Source of the DNA: a virus
Virus record (IMG/VR): IMGVR_UViG_3300033183_000299
Span: 1 to 43,507 of that record
Length of the DNA stretch: 43,507 nucleotides
Reading direction: 5' to 3' (one strand)
Of the stretch, positions 28,459-35,246 are shown one piece after another. A model generated the notes under the pieces. It had not been told where the DNA came from. It was given only the letters and a program-made list of their open reading frames with translations, and ran no database searches. Numbering within the stretch: position 1 is the first letter of the stretch; each line of letters opens with the position of its first letter. The position numbers were made by a program, and so were the translations under genes.

Positions 28459-28637
28459 TTGATCTCCTTTGGTTGTCTGTGTAGTTGTTGTGGGATAAAG
28501 GTCATCGTCAATTTGTTGTTATTGGTGGACATGACTTGGATATGCCGATAGTCTCCGATAATACCGATTACCAATAGTGGGTGGCTACACCATCCCTTGC
28601 CATGTAGCCATACAAGGTCTCCGATTTCATGTTTCAT
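28455..28637 (-). CDS. SH3/KOW-like miniprotein
   Basis: MKHEIGDLVWL. Confidence 0.7.
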   Translation of the reverse strand: MKHEIGDLVWLHGKGWCSHPLLVIGIIGDYRHIQVMSTNNNKLTMTFIPQQLHRQPKEIK

Positions 28638-28714
28638 GTTGTCTCCATGTCTCATTGTTGATGTTAGTAGTGTATCATGTTGAGAGAAAAAAGCAAGGAC
28701 AGAAATTGTCCGTT

Positions 28715-28930
28715 CTATTCTTTTGTCGCTTTGTCGTCATTTGCTTTCTCCATGTTAAAGCCCATAGATGGGCGTTCTTCGGGTTTTTCGTCTTGGGGTA
28801 GGGGTCTAGAACCCATGCCCATCATCATGGCTTTCATGGGGTTCTGTGAGCCTGATAGGGCTATTACTGTAAGGACTTTGTCTACCAGTTCGTCTGATAG
28901 GTCGATTGTTAATTTGATTTGATTACTCAT
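28715..28930 (-). CDS. hypothetical miniprotein
   Basis: 71-aa ORF, AGGAG RBS. Confidence 0.7.
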   Translation of the reverse strand: MSNQIKLTIDLSDELVDKVLTVIALSGSQNPMKAMMMGMGSRPLPQDEKPEERPSMGFNMEKANDDKATKE

Positions 28931-29112
28931 TGTTGTTCTCCTAGTTTGGTTATATCTTCTTTTCCATATCTCAATGTTCTTCCATCGTCAAAAATGCGAA
29001 CGTCACAAGACCAAGTGCCCACATTCACTACGATAGCCATTTTGCCGACATATCGTGAATTAGCAAAGTCACAGTGTCTAATTCTTACAAGGTCTCCGAT
29101 TTCATGTTTCAT
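28927..29112 (-). CDS. KOW/SH3-like miniprotein
   Basis: MKHEIGDLVRI...YVGKMAIVV. Confidence 0.72.
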   Translation of the reverse strand: MKHEIGDLVRIRHCDFANSRYVGKMAIVVNVGTWSCDVRIFDDGRTLRYGKEDITKLGEQQ

Positions 29113-29167
29113 GTTGTCTCCATGTCTCATTGTTGATGTTAGTAGTGTATCATGTTGGTTGAAAAAG

Positions 29168-29368
29168 TCAAGGACAGTTTTTGTCCGTTTGATTTAGTGG
29201 TTCGAGAAACAGGGGTAGTTGAACCCTTTCAGGCCCATCCGACCATCGTACCACGAAGTATTCAGTCATGCCCATCGTTAGATTGGTATGCTTCATTACG
29301 GTTCTCACGATGATACCAACATCTCTTTCATATTTGTGTCTTACAAGGTCTCCGACTTTAAGGTTCAT
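29168..29368 (-). CDS. SH3/KOW-like miniprotein
   Basis: MNLKVGDLVRHK...VGIIV...VRWSDG; ends DKNCP*. Confidence 0.72.
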   Translation of the reverse strand: MNLKVGDLVRHKYERDVGIIVRTVMKHTNLTMGMTEYFVVRWSDGPERVQLPLFLEPLNQTDKNCP

Positions 29369-29376
29369 GCTTTCTC

Positions 29377-29583
29377 CTATGGTTGGGGATGGTAGTTTAT
29401 CTTAAAGTGTTTGCGTGGGTATTCTAGGTGCTTACCTACCCATGTGGGTTCTAGGTCATACCTTATTAGTTTACACCAAACAGATGCATCATCGGTTTCC
29501 ACGACAAGACCCAACATTGTATACTTATGGTTACCTACTAGGTCTCCGACTTGTGGCTCAATGTCTAGTGTTGCGTAAGTCAT
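29377..29583 (-). CDS. SH3/KOW-like miniprotein
   Basis: PQVGDLV...LGLVV. Confidence 0.7.
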   Translation of the reverse strand: MTYATLDIEPQVGDLVGNHKYTMLGLVVETDDASVWCKLIRYDLEPTWVGKHLEYPRKHFKINYHPQP

Positions 29584-29821
29584 TTTCCCCCCTTTTCATC
29601 AGTTTGGCGATCTTCTTCTGTCGCTCCCACTGATCCACTTGTTGTTCTGTTTCTAATACTTTTAATTCTTCTTCATTTAGGGGCACATAGTCCCCATCCG
29701 AGCCTATGAGTAGCCCTGTGTATCTACCGTAGGGGTAGCCTTGCCCTAGATCGTCAACAACGATAGCAAGGTGGTAGTCGCCCTTGAACTCAAATCCTAC
29801 CATATCTCCGACTTTTATCAT
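29558..29821 (-). CDS. SH3/KOW-like protein
   Basis: MIKVGDMV...LAIVV; start moved. Confidence 0.7.
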   Translation of the reverse strand: MIKVGDMVGFEFKGDYHLAIVVDDLGQGYPYGRYTGLLIGSDGDYVPLNEEELKVLETEQQVDQWERQKKIAKLMKRGENDLRNTRH

Positions 29822-29973
29822 ATTATCTCCCATATATAATCGTGTACTTGTGACTTTTCGCATGTATCCAGTAGATACACTCTTATCCAACCATCCCATC
29901 GGGACATGCCGAGAAAGATTGCGTATGTGTCGTATTTTTCTGTATAGATAAGGTCTCCAACTTTGTAATTCAT
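29818..29973 (-). CDS. SH3/KOW-like miniprotein (51 aa, not in ORF track)
   Basis: MNYKVGDLIYTEKYDTYAIFLG...; ATGA overlaps at both ends. Confidence 0.7.
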   Translation of the reverse strand: MNYKVGDLIYTEKYDTYAIFLGMSRWDGWIRVYLLDTCEKSQVHDYIWEII

Positions 29974-30137
29974 GCTATCTTCTCCAAGTTTTTAATGTAA
30001 ATGTGTTGCGTTGAGCCACTTTTCCATCCAGTGATCCAGTGGATTTCCAAAAAATTCAAAACAGGTGGGCGACCAGTCGATGTGACCACACCGAACCATC
30101 CACTCTTGCTACGAACAAGCGATCCTATTTCCATCAT
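29970..30137 (-). CDS. SH3/KOW-like miniprotein
   Basis: MMEIGSLVRSKSGWFGVV...IHW. Confidence 0.7.
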   Translation of the reverse strand: MMEIGSLVRSKSGWFGVVTSTGRPPVLNFLEIHWITGWKSGSTQHIYIKNLEKIA

Positions 30138-30331
30138 AATTTCTCCAAACATTCTTGATTTTTCCATATCCAATCGGTTTGCTGATTGGATAGAAACCAA
30201 CGAACCTTTATCATGTGATACTGTGGGTTTTTACTTGCGTTGTGCTTCTCGGCAACGATGATGCCATGATCTATGATCTCGTTATCGAAGCCGACCAATC
30301 TTATAAGGTCTCCAATTTTTGCGTTTTTCAT
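30134..30331 (-). CDS. SH3/KOW-like miniprotein
   Basis: MKNAKIGDLIRL...HGIIV...KVRW. Confidence 0.72.
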   Translation of the reverse strand: MKNAKIGDLIRLVGFDNEIIDHGIIVAEKHNASKNPQYHMIKVRWFLSNQQTDWIWKNQECLEKL

Positions 30332-30379
30332 GTTATCTCCGTTGTTGATGTTTGTAGTGTATCATGTTGTGGTGAAAAG

Positions 30380-30580
30380 TCAAGGACAGTTTTTGACCGT
30401 TTCTAAAAAGTCTCGGTCGGTTCGGACTTTCTGTTGGTCTTTGAACCAATAGACCCAAACCACGTTGTTGTTTTGATCGCACAGATCGGTGATTATACCA
30501 ACGTCATCCGTTATTCTTCGCCATCCACCGAGAGCCAATGATCCACGCATGGACAGTCTTACTAAATCACCTACAATCAT
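30380..30580 (-). CDS. SH3/KOW-like miniprotein
   Basis: MIVGDLVRL...VGIIT...VYW; ends VKNCP*. Confidence 0.72.
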   Translation of the reverse strand: MIVGDLVRLSMRGSLALGGWRRITDDVGIITDLCDQNNNVVWVYWFKDQQKVRTDRDFLETVKNCP

Positions 30581-30783
30581 GCTCGCTCCTGTCGGACATA
30601 TCCGAGTTTATTTAAAAAGTGTTTGTGTATATCTTCATGGAGATAAAAATGACCACCTTTGATCTTTGCGTTCTGTCGCTTGATCTTGATCCAACCCTCC
30701 GTATCAACCGATACAATCTCATAGGTGATCAATTCGCCATCCTGACGTATTGTCCATGACTTTCCTATCATATTATTACTCAT
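30577..30783 (-). CDS. hypothetical miniprotein
   Basis: ATGA-coupled ORF. Confidence 0.7.
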   Translation of the reverse strand: MSNNMIGKSWTIRQDGELITYEIVSVDTEGWIKIKRQNAKIKGGHFYLHEDIHKHFLNKLGYVRQERA

Positions 30784-30986
30784 GCGTTCTCCTTATTATA
30801 TTCATGTGCATGGACAAACTCTGTCTCATTAAAGTACCATGCCTGCTGATGTGCTATCATAAACACGTTCATGTTTACCATTCGCTCGTTAGGCACACTC
30901 ATTACTATTCCAATCTCGCCTGTGTAGATTGATGTATAGCACGAATGAGCCAATACCACGATGTCTCCAACCTTAAACTTACTCAT
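30780..30986 (-). CDS. SH3/KOW-like miniprotein
   Basis: MSKFKVGDIVV...TGEIGIVM. Confidence 0.72.
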   Translation of the reverse strand: MSKFKVGDIVVLAHSCYTSIYTGEIGIVMSVPNERMVNMNVFMIAHQQAWYFNETEFVHAHEYNKENA

Positions 30987-31099
30987 AATCTCTCCGTTGT
31001 TTGTGTTGTTTTCTTATCGTATCACGTTTGGAATGGTTTGTCAAGTAATTTCTTTAAGTTTCTCGGTCAAAAAATGTCCGTTTGATAGAAAGAGTTTGG

Positions 31100-31389
31100 A
31101 TAGTTATGTAAAGTTTTTTGCTTTTCTATTTGACAAAGCCCCGAAAACGTGTTACATTAGAGGGTAGCGGACAGAAATTGTCCTCTCGATTATTCACAAC
31201 CCTTGAACGGAGATTATGTTAAGTTTTTTTTTGGACTTTGCTTTCATAGTTATGTTAAGTTTTTTGAAACAAGTTGGAGATCGTCTCGAACTAATGGGCT
31301 TCGTTTGTCCGTTGGTCGGTCGGTCTTTTCTTTGTTTTGCTTTCCATAGTTATGTAAAGTTTTTTGTGGATAGTTATGTAAAGTTTTTT
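31100..31389 (+). repeat. 20-bp direct repeat ATAGTTATGT(A/T)AAGTTTTTT, right cluster (5 copies)
   Basis: 31100, 31210 (degenerate), 31246, 31346, 31370. Confidence 0.9.
31130..31184 (+). promoter_or_regulatory. divergent plus-strand promoter with downstream operator
   Basis: TTGACA(31130)-17 bp-TGtTACATT; operator at 31168-31184; GGAG-ATG at 31216. Confidence 0.65.
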
Positions 31390-31417
31390 GGATGCCCACT
31401 TAATCGTTGGTAACCAA

Positions 31418-31717
31418 CTATTTCGTTGGATCGTCTTTATCGTTGGTGTAGCCAAAAAGTCGGTCAAGTGCCTCATAGAACTCGACACCCATCGAGAGAA
31501 CATCGATGTCTGGTTCAATATTTAAATTAAACTCTGGGCACAATAAGAAATGAAAATGAGGATCGAACACGAGGAAGTGATAGTGTTCGGTCTCCAAACA
31601 AAAACAGTAGAAGAACCTATTCTCTCTTATCACTTGGGCTATTAGGTAGCCATATATGTGGCCGCGTTCGTTCACGCCAATGAGGTCGCCCTTCTTAAAA
31701 ACGTAAGCTGAAGACAT
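31418..31717 (-). CDS. hypothetical protein (SH3-like N-terminus)
   Basis: FKKGDLIG. Confidence 0.65.
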   Translation of the reverse strand: MSSAYVFKKGDLIGVNERGHIYGYLIAQVIRENRFFYCFCLETEHYHFLVFDPHFHFLLCPEFNLNIEPDIDVLSMGVEFYEALDRLFGYTNDKDDPTK

Positions 31718-31931
31718 GGAATCCCTCCAAAGTTAGAAGCATGTCTTCCCAGTATTGAACGATAACAATTGTTGTGGCGAACTTTATTAGAACCTCATGG
31801 TCTCCTGTTCGGTGATATTCATCTTCTAATTCCATGCAGTAGTCCCACAAGTCTACGATTATGTCCTCGATGCTATCATACATTGGAGAAGGAGGGACCC
31901 CAGGAGGGGGGTAGGGGGGTAGTAGGCTCAT
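31695..31931 (-). CDS. hypothetical protein, Pro-rich N-terminus
   Basis: ATGA-coupled ORF. Confidence 0.65.
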   Translation of the reverse strand: MSLLPPYPPPGVPPSPMYDSIEDIIVDLWDYCMELEDEYHRTGDHEVLIKFATTIVIVQYWEDMLLTLEGFHVFSLRF

Positions 31932-32155
31932 AATTCTTCTTCCTTGAGAAACTTTATCTTGCCTCTCTCAACAAGCCTCTTTAGAGAGGTCTCGGTCATG
32001 ATGCAAGTTGAGCCATCAGCATATTTTATTTCATAGCTGGTTGTCCAATTGAACAAGGGTTCTTCACTCCATGTCCCAGATGTGATCTCATTGACGATCA
32101 TTCCTAGATTGCCATTGTCCATAATCAGCATGCCAATCAAGGAGCGGCGAGTCAT
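31928..32155 (-). CDS. hypothetical protein
   Basis: ATGA-coupled ORF. Confidence 0.7.
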   Translation of the reverse strand: MTRRSLIGMLIMDNGNLGMIVNEITSGTWSEEPLFNWTTSYEIKYADGSTCIMTETSLKRLVERGKIKFLKEEEL

Positions 32156-32841
32156 TTCCCAAGAACCCCCAGTAGGTACCTTCTAGTATAGTTAAGAGTT
32201 GGACCGATTCTTACAAGATTCGGAATGAGTACAGGAAACCCTGTCGGTTCATCAACGGACACGGCAGATATAACTCCGACAACGTTGCCTTCCTTATTGA
32301 ACACAACTGAGCCGCTCGCACCAGGCCATGCAAAATTATCTATCATCATGAACTGTCCTGAGAATCCGGAGATGCGACCATGTAGTGTTGTGAAGAACTG
32401 GTTGTTGGGTTGTCCGCAATAAAATACTTCTTTGCCTATCTGGATTCGTTTGGAGCTCACATAGTCGATAGGCTTAGTGTACTTGAGTCTTTGCTCAGGC
32501 ACTATGATAGCGATGTCTCTGAAGTAGTCAATGTGTTTGACCACAGCGGAGTAGGAGAACCCGCTTCGCTCAGTTACGAATATCTCATCCATACCGTCTA
32601 TTACGTGAGCCGCGGTAATAATAAAGTATTTGTTTCTTATGTGGAAGTAATTCCCAGATCCAGTTATAGCACCTCCACCACCTGTTGGAAATGCATTAAT
32701 GATAATTGATGATGTATAAGCATTTTTCAATCCACGTTCAGCAAAAGCATATACTTCTGTGTGGTATGAAGAGTCGTAGCCATCGTCACTTGGTTGATCT
32801 GATGGAAGTAGTAATGCTAGTAGTATTGCTAGACGTCCCAT
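32152..32841 (-). CDS. trypsin-like serine protease with signal peptide
   Basis: ITAAHV, RDIAI and PGASGS catalytic-triad motifs. Confidence 0.9.
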   Translation of the reverse strand: MGRLAILLALLLPSDQPSDDGYDSSYHTEVYAFAERGLKNAYTSSIIINAFPTGGGGAITGSGNYFHIRNKYFIITAAHVIDGMDEIFVTERSGFSYSAVVKHIDYFRDIAIIVPEQRLKYTKPIDYVSSKRIQIGKEVFYCGQPNNQFFTTLHGRISGFSGQFMMIDNFAWPGASGSVVFNKEGNVVGVISAVSVDEPTGFPVLIPNLVRIGPTLNYTRRYLLGVLGK

Positions 32842-32892
32842 ATTCTCGGCCTCCTAGAAGTAATTAGAGGCTAAAAATATGTAACGAACATG

Positions 32893-33513
32893 TTACAAAC
32901 GAATTTTTGCTCCAAGCCACATTTCAGAGGCTGCTTCGCGAATATGTTTTTCTAAAAGATGGTGTGGGATCTCCCACTTCAGAGGCATTCGCTCTAAGCC
33001 ATAGTGCGTCATATTAGTCTTCGTCCCATCTCGTGCGGTTTGTTGCACATTGGTGACCTCTTGTTGCTTGATCCAATTCACAGTCATTTCTTCTGTGGAT
33101 AGTCCGCTGTTAACAACTTGTAGCTGGGGATCATACATCGTCATCCTTACTGTGAGTTGGTTGTCGTCAACTGTTACAATGGTCTCGACAAAGTAATGAT
33201 TGTTGTCAAACGCACATTTCATTGGGTCAAGAACATAGTTGCAATCATAGTAGTACTTGATCGTCTTCTTATTATATACTCTAACGTCTTCAAATTCCAT
33301 AAGAACCGGAGAGTATGTCCCTCTGTTATTAAGAACCTTAAAGGAAGTCGAGTAAGCTGACGATAGTGTGAAAGCAAACTCTTCATCAATGACCTGCTCG
33401 ATATTTTGAGTATCTGTTCGGTCGTGTACTCGAATTGGAGCAACATAAAAGTCAAGGGTGTCCGCCTGTGCGAGACCCAGTAGTAGAGCTAGACTACTCG
33501 CGATCATAATCAT
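32893..33513 (-). CDS. secreted hypothetical protein
   Basis: Signal peptide ...LALLLGLAQA-D. Confidence 0.7.
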   Translation of the reverse strand: MIMIASSLALLLGLAQADTLDFYVAPIRVHDRTDTQNIEQVIDEEFAFTLSSAYSTSFKVLNNRGTYSPVLMEFEDVRVYNKKTIKYYYDCNYVLDPMKCAFDNNHYFVETIVTVDDNQLTVRMTMYDPQLQVVNSGLSTEEMTVNWIKQQEVTNVQQTARDGTKTNMTHYGLERMPLKWEIPHHLLEKHIREAASEMWLGAKIRL

Positions 33514-33856
33514 CCTCCAGCCTTACAACGTCGTCTAGGTGGTTTGTTGAGACTTCAGCTAACACAACGTTCGTACCAAGGGTTGCTGAAAATCTGTGAA
33601 TAGTGCCCGGTGTTACATGATAAGTCTCACCTTCGCTTAATTTTAGCACAGAAACACCTCGCCTTCCATGGTCTGAAACAGTAATTTCTAATTCTCCAGA
33701 GATGACAAGGATTGTTTCCTCTTTCTCTTCGTGGTATTGAAGGCTTAATTTGTGACCTTCATTAATGTAAAGAAGCTTGCCGACATAGTCTTTGGTCTCT
33801 GCCCAAATAACTTCCTTGCCCCATGGCTTGATCACTTCTCTTTTTCTATTCATCAT
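33494..33856 (-). CDS. cupin (mannose-6-phosphate isomerase-like)
   Basis: KPWG...LSLQYHEEKEET...HRF...DDVVRLEDDY. Confidence 0.9.
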   Translation of the reverse strand: MMNRKREVIKPWGKEVIWAETKDYVGKLLYINEGHKLSLQYHEEKEETILVISGELEITVSDHGRRGVSVLKLSEGETYHVTPGTIHRFSATLGTNVVLAEVSTNHLDDVVRLEDDYDRE

Positions 33857-34256
33857 CTCTAGCATTTTCGCTCCATCTATATAATTTAAGTGCAAAGCAC
33901 ATTTCTTTTTCATACTCAGACATCTCTATTGTGTATCCATGTTCATTCATAAAATGATACCCTAGATACCAAGCTGTTGCTTCACAGAACATCGTGTCTT
34001 TCGTGTTTTTAAATAGTTCATCCATATCATAAATCACATGACCAACCTCATGAGTCAAGTGCACTATCTTCTGAAATGTAGTTATATTACTACCTAGCTC
34101 TATAATACCAAAAAGTTCCAACTCCTCGACTTCATCATCAGGAGTTGGAACCCAAAAAGAACTAGGTCCGTCACATTCTTCAATGCTCAAATCAAATGAT
34201 GATTCGACCAAGAATATCATTTCGTCTAAAACTTCTCTAAGGTGCTCCTCGCTCAT
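33846..34256 (-). CDS. HExxH metallopeptidase-like protein
   Basis: LTHEVGH...CEATAW; start moved to MSEEHL. Confidence 0.65.
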   Translation of the reverse strand: MSEEHLREVLDEMIFLVESSFDLSIEECDGPSSFWVPTPDDEVEELELFGIIELGSNITTFQKIVHLTHEVGHVIYDMDELFKNTKDTMFCEATAWYLGYHFMNEHGYTIEMSEYEKEMCFALKLYRWSENARDDE

Positions 34257-34488
34257 AGAAGGCGACAAGCTCCGTGTATCCACCGATAAGTTTATCATCC
34301 ACACCTTCCTCCTTTAGTACAACAATAGGTACAGTCTTATGATTGTAAATAGTTTTGTATCTATCCAATAGTGCTGGTGACTGGTCGACGCTACAGTATT
34401 CAAACTGCTCGCCTTTCTGAATGAGTAGGTTCTTCGCCCTTAAACAGAAAGGACATTCGGACCAACAAATAATTTTAAAGTATTTCAT
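34237..34488 (-). CDS. grx: glutaredoxin
   Basis: CPFC, TVP, IGGY. Confidence 0.92.
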   Translation of the reverse strand: MKYFKIICWSECPFCLRAKNLLIQKGEQFEYCSVDQSPALLDRYKTIYNHKTVPIVVLKEEGVDDKLIGGYTELVAFYERGAP

Positions 34489-34757
34489 TAGTCCCTCAAC
34501 AATTGTCTTTTGTTTAATTTCTGCCTTAGCTCTTCTGGTGAACCAATCACAACGACTGACCTTGCCGATACACCTTCCATGATCGTAATTCTACTAAACT
34601 GGACGCCGTCGGTTAGCCCAAGGCTCATAGCCTCATTTAGCAAAGGGCTTGAAGGCTCTCGCCTAATGGTAGTCACTGCCGATGGGCTTACATGGATCTC
34701 ATCCAAGTGAACCCTGTCTCCTTGTGGCTTAAATACTTCAACTAACTTTACTAGCAT
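34488..34757 (-). CDS. hypothetical protein
   Basis: 89-aa ORF, AGGAG RBS. Confidence 0.75.
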   Translation of the reverse strand: MLVKLVEVFKPQGDRVHLDEIHVSPSAVTTIRREPSSPLLNEAMSLGLTDGVQFSRITIMEGVSARSVVVIGSPEELRQKLNKRQLLRD

Positions 34758-34971
34758 GTTCTCTCCTTAAGTGCTTTATGTGTTTTCTGTTTGCTACCCA
34801 CTCTCTACCATCTGATATAAACTTTATAAAGTCTCGATCTCTTTCTTCTTCAGACACAAAGATGCCGACTTCAGGCTCTTGAGTTATTCTAATTGCTGCT
34901 GGGTTGTTGGGTCTCGGTATCATCAAAACCGTCTGTGATGGTATCCACAGCAGATCTCCCGCTTGAAACAT
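34738..34971 (-). CDS. SH3-like hypothetical protein
   Basis: MFQAGDLLW. Confidence 0.7.
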   Translation of the reverse strand: MFQAGDLLWIPSQTVLMIPRPNNPAAIRITQEPEVGIFVSEEERDRDFIKFISDGREWVANRKHIKHLRREHASKVS

Positions 34972-35233
34972 CAGATTCTCCTTGTTTGTATTCTAAATAG
35001 CCAGCTGATATCATGGAGAGATCAGCCAATCTCATATCCACATTGGACATGGTCTGTCTCATCTTCTCCATCAAAGTCAGCGCTGTCTCTATCTCTTGAT
35101 CAGCCAAAGACTGCTCGGTTATCTCAAGTTGTCTTTGGAGATTTCTTACCTTCTCCGAAACGTATGTAAATAAATGATCAATTTCTTCTGGAACTTCTTT
35201 CATTTCAGCTCCGTAACTAATTTTTACTCTCAC
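34889..35233 (-). CDS. coiled-coil hypothetical protein
   Basis: GTG start behind GGAGG. Confidence 0.65.
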   Translation of the reverse strand: MRVKISYGAEMKEVPEEIDHLFTYVSEKVRNLQRQLEITEQSLADQEIETALTLMEKMRQTMSNVDMRLADLSMISAGYLEYKQGESDVSSGRSAVDTITDGFDDTETQQPSSN

Positions 35234-35246
35234 TATTCCTCCGTGA

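Larger units (their letters stand above)
28611..29157. repeat. perfect 72-bp direct repeat
   Basis: 28611-28682 = 29086-29157; covers the -10, leader, RBS and codons MKHEIGDLV. Confidence 0.9.
14158..31184 (-). promoter_or_regulatory. family of 24 operator-associated extended -10 sigma70 promoters plus 1 divergent copy
   Basis: Palindrome (C/A)GGWCA-N5-TGWCCG starting at 14206, 15133, 15544, 15797, 17344, 17677, 18055, 19891, 20017, 20273, 20545, 21008, 22725, 23319, 24099, 24665, 25487, 26552, 27768, 28235, 28696, 29171, 30383, 31064 and 31168; the first 24 lie upstream of -35/17 bp/-10 (mostly TGaTACACT) and a CAACAAC-rich leader with a GGAG-type RBS. Confidence 0.92.

Noticed and set aside
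14158-31184. True integron attC array or diversity-generating retroelement
   Set aside because: No attC R/L box structure, integrase or reverse transcriptase, and no adenine-specific template/variable repeat pair
14158-31389. CRISPR array interpretation of the repeats
   Set aside because: Repeats are separated by whole genes at irregular distances, with no constant spacers and no cas genes
12974-31916. Oriented KOPS (GGGNAGGG) octamers
   Set aside because: Only about 6 copies on + and one opposite (24836); some encode proline-rich segments; cannot be distinguished from local G skew by eye
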